Shown here one piece after another: positions 48,742 to 56,804 of a stretch of 56,804 bases of DNA. The DNA comes from a virus (lineage: Duplodnaviria; Caudoviricetes): the IMG/VR virus record IMGVR_UViG_3300017739_003809, positions 1-56,804 of that record; one strand, written 5' to 3'. Below the pieces are notes generated by a model, which did not search any database, was not told the DNA's origin, and saw only the letters and a list, made by a program, of their open reading frames with translations. The translations under genes were made by a program, and so were the position numbers. How positions within the stretch are numbered: position 1 is the stretch's first letter; each line of letters starts with the position of its first letter.

Positions 48742-49032
48742 ATGAAATTATGGAAATGGATAATAGGATTACTTGCAATGCTTGGTGGTGCGGCAGCAGT
48801 AGCTTCTACTCAAAAGAAAAAAGAGCACGACAAAAAGGTTAAAGAAACCCAAGATAAAATTAAAAAAGTTAGGGTTAAAACTAAAAAAGTAGAAGCAGAG
48901 CGTGCTGAAACTAAAAAAGCAATTAACACACAAAAGAAAAAAGTTGTTAAAGCTAAAACACAGGTTAAAAACACAGGTAATGCTAAGAAAGTAACAGGTG
49001 ATTTTAAGAAAAAATATAGAAGAAAAAAATGA
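48742..49032 (+). CDS. membrane-anchored basic coiled-coil protein (i-spanin-like topology)
   Basis: N-terminal TM followed by Lys-rich heptads. Confidence 0.6.
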   Translation: MKLWKWIIGLLAMLGGAAAVASTQKKKEHDKKVKETQDKIKKVRVKTKKVEAERAETKKAINTQKKKVVKAKTQVKNTGNAKKVTGDFKKKYRRKK

Positions 49033-49412
49033 AAAATTTATTATTAATTTTATCTTTAGGTTTATCTAGTATTTTTTATGCTCAACAAGATACTTTAAAA
49101 ATTCCTGCGGATGAGTTAGAGGAATTTTTTCTTGCTCTTGATACCCTTGAAATACAAGACTCGGTTAAAGCAGCTTTAATTCAAGAATTAGAATTTGAAA
49201 TCAAGCTACACGAACAATTAGCTAAACAAGATAGTCTTATAATTCTATATAAGGACCAAGAAATAAAATTATTAAACGAAGAAATTGATTTATACATTTA
49301 CCGCTTAGACAGAGTTGATAAGTGGTATAATAGACCGTGGGTAGGTGTAGCAGGGGGATTTATAGGTACTATAGTTTTAATAAATACTATGAATTATACA
49401 TTGCCTGACTAA
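49029..49412 (+). CDS. exported acidic coiled-coil protein with C-terminal TM
   Basis: Signal peptide ...FYA|QQ; C-terminal WYNRPWVGVAGGFIGTIVLI. Confidence 0.65.
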   Translation: MKNLLLILSLGLSSIFYAQQDTLKIPADELEEFFLALDTLEIQDSVKAALIQELEFEIKLHEQLAKQDSLIILYKDQEIKLLNEEIDLYIYRLDRVDKWYNRPWVGVAGGFIGTIVLINTMNYTLPD

Positions 49413-49420
49413 GTTTTATA

Positions 49421-49428
49421 TATTTATT
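49421..49428 (+). promoter_or_regulatory. putative late promoter TATTTATT
   Basis: Recurrent motif. Confidence 0.6.
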
Positions 49429-49454
49429 ATTGTTAACAACAATATTTTTGCAAA

Positions 49455-50663
49455 ATGAATAAAACTGATATCAAGCAGATTATACTTGAAGAAATTGAAG
49501 CTACTCTAGAGGATATGAGAATGTCCCCTGAAATGATGGCTGCCCAATCTTTTATAGACGATGAAGAATTGGATGATAAAAGAGCTGCAGATGCTGAAGG
49601 GGAAGATTTTTCTCTTGAGGATGAAATGGAAATGGTAAGAGATTTTAATGATGAACAAGATGCTATATTTGGTAAACCTAGCTTTGTAGAGGAAGAAGAG
49701 TTAGAAGAAATGGCTCGCACATCTAATGTGTTCAAAATAAGCCAAGAAGCTGATTTAAAACAAGTTCTTCAATTTATGCAGCGCGTAAATAATGTTCTTA
49801 AAACATTTAAATCTCCAGGACAAAAACGCCCCAAAAAGCGGTTTACCCCAGAAGAAATAAAAGCCCTAGCTACAGCAATGCTTAAGCCCGAGGGCTTTAC
49901 TTCTAAGGATGTAATTGCTGCTACCTCTTATAGTAGCCCGGCCCAAGCAAATAAGTTCTTAAAAGCGCTTGAAATGAAAGGTTTAATTACATTAACTTCT
50001 CAACTTAAAAAAGCAATGGAACCAACTCGCGATCCAAATGCTCCTGAAACTAGAGGTAGAAAGAGAAGAGACGCAGAATTTGATATGTCAGACGATCCAA
50101 TGGCTGACTTAGATGCCTTAGGCTTAGGAGGCAGCATTGATCTAAGCGACCCATTAGCAGAAAACAACAACACCATGAGTGAATTAGAAAAATACATTAA
50201 ACAAGTAATTAAAGAAGCTAAAAGCCCATTAGCTAAAAAGATGAAAGAAATTGAAAATCAAGGGCGTATTGCAGCTCTTGAAACCAAATTATCAGCTATT
50301 GCTGAAATGATTGAAGAAACAGAGGGTCGTCTAACTCGCATTGATGAAGATAATGAGTTTAGAGACATGATGGATAAAAATGCCGTTAAAGAAGTTCGTA
50401 AACAACTTAAAGAACTTGAAAAGGCTAAAGCTAAGCTTGAAAAAGAAAGATCTAAAATGGAGGGTAAAGTAGAAAAAAAAGAAGTAGTTGATGAAGATTT
50501 ACCTGTAGCTGAAGACGCAGTAGAAGAAGATGCTATTGACGCAGCTATTGATGAAGTTGAATTAGAAGAAGATGATATAGCACTTAACGAATCTACACTT
50601 CGCTTTCAAAAATTAGCTGGTTTAATCACTGAAAGTGATATTCAAAAAAAAACTAAGTCTTAA
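49455..50663 (+). CDS. acidic candidate head-internal protein with winged-helix-like and RGRK modules
   Basis: Leader IKQIILEEIE; FTSKDVIAATSYSSPAQANKFLKALEMKGLI; TRGRKRR; LNESTLRFQKLAGL. Confidence 0.75.
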   Translation: MNKTDIKQIILEEIEATLEDMRMSPEMMAAQSFIDDEELDDKRAADAEGEDFSLEDEMEMVRDFNDEQDAIFGKPSFVEEEELEEMARTSNVFKISQEADLKQVLQFMQRVNNVLKTFKSPGQKRPKKRFTPEEIKALATAMLKPEGFTSKDVIAATSYSSPAQANKFLKALEMKGLITLTSQLKKAMEPTRDPNAPETRGRKRRDAEFDMSDDPMADLDALGLGGSIDLSDPLAENNNTMSELEKYIKQVIKEAKSPLAKKMKEIENQGRIAALETKLSAIAEMIEETEGRLTRIDEDNEFRDMMDKNAVKEVRKQLKELEKAKAKLEKERSKMEGKVEKKEVVDEDLPVAEDAVEEDAIDAAIDEVELEEDDIALNESTLRFQKLAGLITESDIQKKTKS

Positions 50664-50931
50664 CGAAAGTAGAGAAAAACTTATGAGTATGCTTTCTGGA
50701 GTAGCTAAAGACATGGTAGAAGATGGCAGTTTATTACCAGAAAACCCAGGAGGAGGCCCATTTAATGTCACAGGTAATTCTGAAGGATTTGAACCTCGAC
50801 AAATTGCTGCTCATAATCAAATTAAAAATGCTGTTAAAGAATTAGGTGGATCTGTAAACTATAAAGTCGATGGTCTTTCATTTACATATATGGTTAAAGG
50901 AGACGATTTATTTGTAAGAACAGACGATTAA
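50635..50931 (+). CDS. probable C-terminal continuation of the 49455 protein in the +1 frame (or separate small gene)
   Basis: A9 run at 50644-50652; removing one A fuses ...LITESDIQKK to LSLNESREKL... Confidence 0.6.
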   Translation: MIFKKKLSLNESREKLMSMLSGVAKDMVEDGSLLPENPGGGPFNVTGNSEGFEPRQIAAHNQIKNAVKELGGSVNYKVDGLSFTYMVKGDDLFVRTDD

Positions 50932-50961
50932 AGAAGTTTAACTTAACTAAGTATAAAATTT

Positions 50962-50988
50962 AAGGGGACTTCGGTCCCCTTTCTTTTT
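50962..50988 (+). terminator. intrinsic terminator with C(UUCG)G loop
   Basis: AAGGGGAC-TTCG-GTCCCCTT then TCTTTTT. Confidence 0.92.
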
Positions 50989-51003
50989 AGCTACGTATAT
51001 ACG

Positions 51004-52596
51004 ATGGCAGATATTAAAGCAATTATAAAGCAGGAATTTGTCAAATCAGCAAGCGATCCTGTTTATTTTATGAAAAAATATTGTTGGATTCAACATCCAA
51101 CAAGAGGTAGAACACAGTTTAATCTATACCCATTCCAAGAAAAAGTATTAGGGCTACTAAATAAACACGATAAGTCAGTAATTCTAAAATCAAGACAACT
51201 TGGTATTTCGACACTTTCAGCAGGTATAGCTTTACACATGATGTTGTTTCAAAAGGATAAAAACATCCTTGTAATAGCAACAAAACAAGAAACAGCTAAA
51301 AACCTAGTAACTAAAGTACGATTTATGTATGATCAGTTACCTAGTTGGTTAAAATTACCCACAGTAGAAAATAACCGATTATCACTACGACTTAAAAATG
51401 GATCCCAAATTAAAGCAGTATCTGCAGCAGGCGATGCTGGTAGATCAGAAGCAATTTCACTCCTAGTAATTGATGAGGCAGCATTTATTGAAGAAAATAG
51501 AATTGAAGAAATTTGGGGTTCAGCACAGCAAACACTTGCTACTGGTGGTAGGGCAATTATATTATCTACACCAAATGGTACTGGTAACTGGTTCCATAGA
51601 CAATGGGCTAAAGCACAAGATGGCACTAGTGGATTTACTCCTATTAGATTACCATGGACGGTGCACCCAGAACGAAATCAAGAGTGGAGAGATAAACAAG
51701 ATGATGAATTAGGGGATAGAATGGCAGCACAAGAATGTGACTGTGATTTTACTACCTCAGGAGATACAGTATTCCCACCTGAAGTAATAAATCATATTGA
51801 AGCTACAATGTTAAAAGACCCTTTAGAAAAAAGAGGTATAAATAGTAGTTTATGGGTTTGGGAATATCCTGATTATACTAGGCAATATATGGTTGTAGCT
51901 GATGTAGCAAGAGGTGATTCAAAAGACTATTCAGCATTTCACATTATAGATATTGAAACTTGTACCCAAGTAGCTGAATTTAAAGACCAAATCCCAACTA
52001 AAGATTTTGGCCGCATATTATTTAATATAGCAACTGAGTATAATAAAGCGCTACTTGTAATTGAAAATGCAAATATTGGTTGGGCTACTATACAAGAAGT
52101 AATTGATATGGGTTATGAAAATTTATATTATAGCCCTAAAGACGAAAAGTTTACTCGTGATGCAGAAGCATATATTGCTAAGGGGTATGATTTAATAGAT
52201 AAATCAAAAATGGTACCTGGTTTTACTATGTCACTTAGAACTAGACCATTAACAATTGCTAAACTAGATGCATATATTAAAGAACAAAGTATACAAATCC
52301 AGTCGAGACGCACATTAGATGAATTAAGAACATTTGTTTGGAAAAATGGTAGACCTGAAGCCCAAACAGGATATAATGATGATTTAACTATGTCTATAGC
52401 TACAGCATGTTATGTTAGAGATACTGCATTAAAGTTTGCCCAACAAGGAGTAGATTTAACCCGAGCTATGCTTAATAATACTACTAAGGCTTCATATAAC
52501 CCATTTTTTAGTTCAACTAAAATTAATGATCCTAAACAAGCATATAAAATGAAAGTAGGAGGAAAAGATGAAGATTTGTCTTGGCTTTTAGGTTAA
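51004..52596 (+). CDS. terL: terminase large subunit (gp17-like)
   Basis: LYPFQ, KSRQLGIST (Walker A), LLVIDEAAFI (Walker B), STPNG, nuclease ADVARG...IENAN...NDDL. Confidence 0.96.
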   Translation: MADIKAIIKQEFVKSASDPVYFMKKYCWIQHPTRGRTQFNLYPFQEKVLGLLNKHDKSVILKSRQLGISTLSAGIALHMMLFQKDKNILVIATKQETAKNLVTKVRFMYDQLPSWLKLPTVENNRLSLRLKNGSQIKAVSAAGDAGRSEAISLLVIDEAAFIEENRIEEIWGSAQQTLATGGRAIILSTPNGTGNWFHRQWAKAQDGTSGFTPIRLPWTVHPERNQEWRDKQDDELGDRMAAQECDCDFTTSGDTVFPPEVINHIEATMLKDPLEKRGINSSLWVWEYPDYTRQYMVVADVARGDSKDYSAFHIIDIETCTQVAEFKDQIPTKDFGRILFNIATEYNKALLVIENANIGWATIQEVIDMGYENLYYSPKDEKFTRDAEAYIAKGYDLIDKSKMVPGFTMSLRTRPLTIAKLDAYIKEQSIQIQSRRTLDELRTFVWKNGRPEAQTGYNDDLTMSIATACYVRDTALKFAQQGVDLTRAMLNNTTKASYNPFFSSTKINDPKQAYKMKVGGKDEDLSWLLG

Positions 52597-52597
52597 A

Positions 52598-52605
52598 TAT
52601 TTATA
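52598..52605 (+). promoter_or_regulatory. putative late promoter TATTTATA
   Basis: Recurrent motif. Confidence 0.65.
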
Positions 52606-52626
52606 CACACACAATAAATAATAAAT

Positions 52627-54474
52627 ATGGCAGATACTAGCTTATTTACAAGATTAAGACGATTGTTTTCTAACGATGTTATCATAAGAAACATTGGGGG
52701 AAAACAATTAAAAGTAATGGATGTTGATCGTATTCAAAAATACGGTAATTTAGAATCCAATTCATTATATGATAGATTTACAAGATTACATAGACCTGTA
52801 GGTTCTTCTTTACAATATAACCCCACACTTAATTATTCATCTATGCGACTTCAGTTGTATAGTGATTATGAGGCAATGGATTATGATTCATTAATCGCAC
52901 CTGCACTTGATATTATTTCAGAAGAGGCAACTCTTAAAAATGAATATGGTGATGTTTTAACTATTAAATCATCTAATGAAAATGTTAAACGTGTACTTCA
53001 TAATTTATTTTATGATGTATTAAATGTTGAATTTAATTTACCTTCTTGGGTTCGTCAAATGTGTAAGTATGGAGATTTTTATTTACACCTTCAAATTTCA
53101 GAAAAATTTGGTGTTTATAATGTTTTACCTCTTTCAGTATATCAAGTAGTAAGAGAAGAAGGTGCTGATCCCGAAAATCCTAACTATGTACAATATATTT
53201 TGGATCCTAATGGTTTATCACAATCTAATACTTACAGTGCCCGAAGAAGTGATCAAATGAAATTAGAAAATTATGAGGTAGCCCACTTCAGATTATTATC
53301 TGATGCCGCATATCTTCCTTATGGCCGTTCTTATCTTGAACCGGCTCGTAAAGTATTTAAACAACTTATTTTAATGGAAGATGCGATGCTTATTCATAGA
53401 ATTATGCGTGCACCAGAAAAAAGAATTTTTTATATGAATGTGGGAGGTATTCCCCCGAATGAGATTGATTCGTTTATGGAAAAGACAGTACGTCAAATGA
53501 AAAAAACACCATATGTGGATCAAAATACAGGTGACTATAACTTAAAGTTTAATATCCAAAATATGACTGAGGATTTTTATATCCCGGTTAGAGGTAATGA
53601 TTCATCTACTAAGATTGAAACTACAAAAGGATTAGATTATGATGGCACTACGGATATTGAATACTTAAAAAATCGAATGTTGGCTGCCCTTAAAATACCA
53701 AAAGCATTTTTAGGATATGATGAAAATCTTGAAGGTAAATCTACATTAGCGGCAATGGATATTCGTTTTGCTCGTACAATTGAACGTTTACAAAGAACTA
53801 TTGTATCAGAATTACATAAAATAGCATTAGTACATTTATATACACAGGGGTTTACTGACGCCGATTTAGTGGATTTTGAATTAGAACTAACAGGTCCTTC
53901 AATTGTATTTGAACAAGAAAAAACTGAATTATATAAATCAAAAGTTGAATTAGCTAATTCTATTTCAGATAAAAAGATATTATCTTCTGATTTTATATAT
54001 AAAAATATATTTAATTTATCAGAGGCAGAAATAGATTTTGAAAGAAATAAAGCACTAGATGATGCCGCTCATATATTTAGGCTTAATCAAATAGAAAACG
54101 AGGGTAATGATCCTGTAGAATCAGGTGAATCATATGGTACTCCTCACGATTTAGCAGGTTTATATTCTACTAAAAGAGATAAAACAATTAAAGATGTTCC
54201 TGATGGGTATGATGAAGAAAAACCAGGAAGACCCGCTATAAAATTAAGCCGTTATGATACTGATCAAGCCAATACAGGTAGAGATCCATTAGGTAAAGCA
54301 GGTTTAACTGCTGATGATACTCCTAATAGAACTAATGATGTTTCTACTTTTGCCCTAGAAGAAAATTCTAGAATTTTAAAAAAACTATCTTTAAGTAGAC
54401 TTAAAGGGAAAAAAGTTCTAAATGAAGAAAGTAAAAATTCTTTATTAGATGAAGAAAATATTATAAAAGAATAA
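52627..54474 (+). CDS. portal protein (T4 gp20-like)
   Basis: SYLEPARK...LMEDAMLIHRIMRAPEKRIFY, EDFYIPVRG, DIEYLKNRMLAALKIP, DIRFARTIERLQ. Confidence 0.95.
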   Translation: MADTSLFTRLRRLFSNDVIIRNIGGKQLKVMDVDRIQKYGNLESNSLYDRFTRLHRPVGSSLQYNPTLNYSSMRLQLYSDYEAMDYDSLIAPALDIISEEATLKNEYGDVLTIKSSNENVKRVLHNLFYDVLNVEFNLPSWVRQMCKYGDFYLHLQISEKFGVYNVLPLSVYQVVREEGADPENPNYVQYILDPNGLSQSNTYSARRSDQMKLENYEVAHFRLLSDAAYLPYGRSYLEPARKVFKQLILMEDAMLIHRIMRAPEKRIFYMNVGGIPPNEIDSFMEKTVRQMKKTPYVDQNTGDYNLKFNIQNMTEDFYIPVRGNDSSTKIETTKGLDYDGTTDIEYLKNRMLAALKIPKAFLGYDENLEGKSTLAAMDIRFARTIERLQRTIVSELHKIALVHLYTQGFTDADLVDFELELTGPSIVFEQEKTELYKSKVELANSISDKKILSSDFIYKNIFNLSEAEIDFERNKALDDAAHIFRLNQIENEGNDPVESGESYGTPHDLAGLYSTKRDKTIKDVPDGYDEEKPGRPAIKLSRYDTDQANTGRDPLGKAGLTADDTPNRTNDVSTFALEENSRILKKLSLSRLKGKKVLNEESKNSLLDEENIIKE

Positions 54475-54492
54475 GCTTCAGAACTCCTTACA

Positions 54493-54500
54493 TATTTATA
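54493..54500 (+). promoter_or_regulatory. putative late promoter TATTTATA
   Basis: Recurrent motif. Confidence 0.65.
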
Positions 54501-54521
54501 TAGGAATAAAAATATTCATGC

Positions 54522-55361
54522 ATGAAACCTAAGCACTCCAAGTACAAAAATACGGGGATACTATTTGAATTGTTAACTAGACAAATTACGTCTGAAACTA
54601 TTGCTAATAGGTCTCCTAAAGCTGTAGGTATTTTAAAAAACTTTTTTAGTAGCAATTCTACTCTTTTAAAAGAATATCAGATATATCATGCTTTATTAAA
54701 TAAAAAATTTGATAAAGAAGCAAACGCTACAGTTTTAATCGAAACATTAGCTAATGCCCATAATAAATTAAATAAATCTGTTTTAAGAAGAGAAAAATAT
54801 AATTTAGTTAGAGAAATAAAAGATAATTATAATTTAGAAGATTTTTTTAAAGCTAAAATCCCAAATTATAAAGTATATGCTAGTGTTTATAATTTATTAG
54901 AAAATCAAACAGCAAACCCATTGCATATAGTTGATTCTAAAGTTATAATATTAGAACACATTATAGGTAAAGGCCTTCCTAATAAACCCAAAAAAGATAT
55001 GGTTATGGAAGAATATGAGAAGTTTGATAAAGAAACTAGGGCTCTTACTTATAAAATGTTAATGGAAAAATTTAATGAAAAATATTCTAGGTTAAGTAAT
55101 AGTCAAAGAAAATTATTAAAAGAATATGTTTATAACATTTCTAATAGCCCTAAATTAAAGCGTTTTATTAATGAAGAAATTAATAAAGTAAAAGCTGAAA
55201 TTAAAGAATTATCTAATAATACAGATAAAGTTACCCAAATTAAATTAAATGAAATAGTAGGTTTAATAAAACCTCTATGTAAAAAATCATCTGTTCATGA
55301 TGATAATGTAATTAACCTTTTAAATTATTATGAATTGGTTAATGAATTAAAATCATTATAA
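54522..55361 (+). CDS. head-assembly-region helical protein
   Basis: KHSKYKNTGILFELL N-terminus; lies between portal and protease. Confidence 0.8.
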   Translation: MKPKHSKYKNTGILFELLTRQITSETIANRSPKAVGILKNFFSSNSTLLKEYQIYHALLNKKFDKEANATVLIETLANAHNKLNKSVLRREKYNLVREIKDNYNLEDFFKAKIPNYKVYASVYNLLENQTANPLHIVDSKVIILEHIIGKGLPNKPKKDMVMEEYEKFDKETRALTYKMLMEKFNEKYSRLSNSQRKLLKEYVYNISNSPKLKRFINEEINKVKAEIKELSNNTDKVTQIKLNEIVGLIKPLCKKSSVHDDNVINLLNYYELVNELKSL

Positions 55362-55519
55362 TGAAAATAGATGAACTTAGGAATATTATTCGCGAACTCA
55401 TTAAAACAGAGTTAGAAGAAGCTAGTACATTAGGAACTGGTGCTTCTTTTAATCCTGGATCTTCTGAAGCTTACAGTACTCCTTTTGCATTCGGAAAAAA
55501 AAGAAAACGTAAAAATTAA
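55361..55519 (+). CDS. small protein (52 aa), not in ORF track
   Basis: TAATG coupling; MKIDELRNIIRELIKTELEE-ASTLGTGASFNPGSSEAYSTPFAFGKKRKRKN. Confidence 0.8.
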   Translation: MKIDELRNIIRELIKTELEEASTLGTGASFNPGSSEAYSTPFAFGKKRKRKN

Positions 55520-55524
55520 TAGTT

Positions 55525-55665
55525 ATGCCAAGAAAAATTAATGCCTTTGATTTTAATAAAAACAATAGTAAAGTAAATAGACCAGGTATTCATGCTAAAA
55601 CTAAGCATAGTAACCATAAAAGCTCTAAAAATTATAGAAAATTAAATAGAGGACAAGGAAGATGA
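55525..55665 (+). CDS. small basic RGQG-terminated protein (46 aa), not in ORF track
   Basis: MPRKINAFDFNKNNSKVNRPGIHAKTKHSNHKSSKNYRKLNRGQGR; ATGA overlap with the protease gene. Confidence 0.75.
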   Translation: MPRKINAFDFNKNNSKVNRPGIHAKTKHSNHKSSKNYRKLNRGQGR

Positions 55666-56266
55666 AACAATTACTTATAGAACACATGCCATTTAAAGTA
55701 GATAAACTCTTAGTTGAGCAATCTATTAAAGAAAATAGACCCCTTAGAGTAAGCGGTATTATCCAAAGAGCTGGTGTTAAAAACCACAACGGTAGAATCT
55801 ATGAGCAAAAAATTCTTGAAAGAGAAATTAAAAAATATATTAATGGCCCCGTTAGGGAAAAAAGAGCCTTAGGCGAATTAGACCATCCTGAATCTTCTGT
55901 AATTAATTTAAATAATGTATCTCATAATATAGTAGAAGTTACTATGAAAGGAAATGATGTGCACGGTGTAGTAGAAATATTAACTACACCTGCTGGAAAT
56001 ATTTTAAAAGAATTATTCCGTTGTGGTGTTACAGTAGGAATATCCTCTAGAGGAATGGGCTCAGTAGAAGAAAATTCGGACGGAATATTAATGGTACAAG
56101 AAGATTTTGATTTACTTTGTTTTGATATGGTATAACCCCATCAACTCCCGGTGCCTATATGTCCCCTATGAATGAGGGAGTAAGTACCCCCACTAAAGAT
56201 TATACTAAAGTTAATAATGTTATTAGGGATATTATCTGTGATAATACTGGGGTGTGTAAGTGTTAA
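55662..56266 (+). CDS. prohead protease (T4 gp21-like), interrupted by an apparent 1-nt deletion at about 56133
   Basis: NHNGRIY, ALGELDHP, VSH, TPAGNI, GISSRGMGS; the conserved xPSTPGAYM continues in the -1 frame after GTA TAA, to TAA 56266. Confidence 0.88.
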
Positions 56267-56445
56267 TCCTTACCAAAGTATCCTCTAATAAAATTAATAA
56301 TAAAGATAGCCGATGCTAAAGGCCATCCTAATACAACCCAAAATCTATCCATCCAATCCATAGGATATCCTGCTTTTACAATAGCTCCTTCAAGAAGAGC
56401 TGATGTTATAACCCCAATTAAAAAGTATTTTGCTAATAAAATCAT
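56263..56445 (-). CDS. small two-TM membrane protein; the only supported minus-strand gene
   Basis: 60 aa hydrophobic ORF in a gap, with a full early-promoter motif on the minus strand; stop overlaps the protease stop (TTAA). Confidence 0.75.
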   Translation of the reverse strand: MILLAKYFLIGVITSALLEGAIVKAGYPMDWMDRFWVVLGWPLASAIFIINFIRGYFGKD

Positions 56446-56465
56446 AATATAAATAGTTTTGCCCC

Positions 56466-56495
56466 AAGATACGAAAAAATTTTTTGGTTTCCAAA
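56466..56495 (-). promoter_or_regulatory. early promoter TTTGG-N17-CGTATCTT (minus strand)
   Basis: Reverse complement reads TTTGG AAACCAAAAAATTTTTT CGTATCTT. Confidence 0.7.
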
Positions 56496-56504
56496 TTTAC
56501 TTTA

Positions 56505-56512
56505 TATTTATT
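56505..56512 (+). promoter_or_regulatory. putative late promoter TATTTATT
   Basis: Recurrent motif heading the scaffold/capsid leader. Confidence 0.6.
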
Positions 56513-56522
56513 TTTGAAACAT

Positions 56523-56612
56523 ACACTATCCTAATATAGTGTCCCTGGATTTTAAAACAAATCCCTATTAGAGATATTAAAATCTCTATTTCCCGTACAC
56601 AATTTACTGGAA
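56523..56612 (+). ncRNA. putative structured 5' leader (four tandem hairpins) of the scaffold gene
   Basis: ACACTAT/ATAGTGT, GGATTT/AAATCC, TAGAGAT/ATCTCTA, TTCCcGTA/TACtGGAA. Confidence 0.55.
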
Positions 56613-56636
56613 GCCAATTAAAACTTAAAAAACAAA

Positions 56637-56804
56637 ATGGCTAAAGAATTACTAAAGGAGGCAATCGCCGATGCGAAAGCCGTTAGAGAAGTAGCTTTAG
56701 AAAATGCTAAAATGGCATTAGAAGAAGCTTTCGACTCTAAAATTAAAAACATGCTCTCAGCTAAATTAGCTGAAGAGTTAGAAGAGGATGTTGAACTCGA
56801 AGAA
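56637..56804 (+). CDS. prohead core/scaffold protein (gp22-like), 3'-truncated
   Basis: MAKELLKEAIADAKAVREVALENAKMALEEAF...; follows the protease gene. Confidence 0.8.
   Translation, partial: MAKELLKEAIADAKAVREVALENAKMALEEAFDSKIKNMLSAKLAEELEEDVELEE

Noticed and set aside
5200-52313. Numerous minus-strand ORFs of 60-160 aa in the ORF track
   Set aside because: All lie antisense to well-supported plus-strand genes, show shadow composition and lack the promoter motifs.
51004-54474. Inteins or introns in terminase and portal
   Set aside because: Lengths and motif spacing are normal; no intein termini or LAGLIDADG motifs seen.
56483-56510. Plus-strand early promoter TTTGG...TATATTTA before the scaffold leader
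   Set aside because: Spacing is 4 nt too short and the CG is missing; better explained by the minus-strand early promoter plus a late motif.
1-56804. Stop-codon reassignment (TAG/TGA recoding)
   Set aside because: Genes tile the window fully under code 11 and TGA ends many genes in ATGA overlaps. No conserved gene is interrupted by TAG or TGA; the one break (protease) is a frameshift.
1-56804. tRNA or rRNA genes
   Set aside because: Intergenic gaps are short and none shows a cloverleaf with a GTTCRA T-loop; checked by eye only.

Overview
AT-rich (roughly 30% GC by eye), gene-dense, almost entirely plus-strand segment of a large T4-like (myovirus) phage genome. The host is most likely Bacteroidota/Flavobacteria: the window has two proteins with type IX secretion (T9SS) C-terminal sorting domains, Bacteroidota-type -33/-7 promoters and A-rich, Shine-Dalgarno-free starts. 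Order: envelope/accessory region (Cys-rich GCTD-repeat T9SS cargo proteins, thyX, YkuD-like lysin, VWA protein, thioredoxin-like protein, beta-barrel, thermonuclease); candidate head-internal proteins; an early island (degenerate HD protein, gp55-like sigma factor); baseplate/tail block (gp5-like with M15 peptidase, gp25, gp6, wedge and fibre/collar proteins); GIY-YIG; primase; a long block of modular Lys/Glu-rich proteins punctuated by L/I-x-E motifs; FAD oxidoreductase, AAA kinase, candidate lysis pair; large terminase, portal, prohead protease (frameshifted in this sequence) and the start of the scaffold. Most interesting: a late-promoter phage operon built around T9SS cargo, a candidate protease-processed virion cargo system that includes an HxGH nucleotidyltransferase + HExxH + ligase-like fusion, a catalytically dead HD protein, two structured RNA leaders and three frameshift-like junctions. 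All family assignments come from motif recognition by eye, not from database searches.
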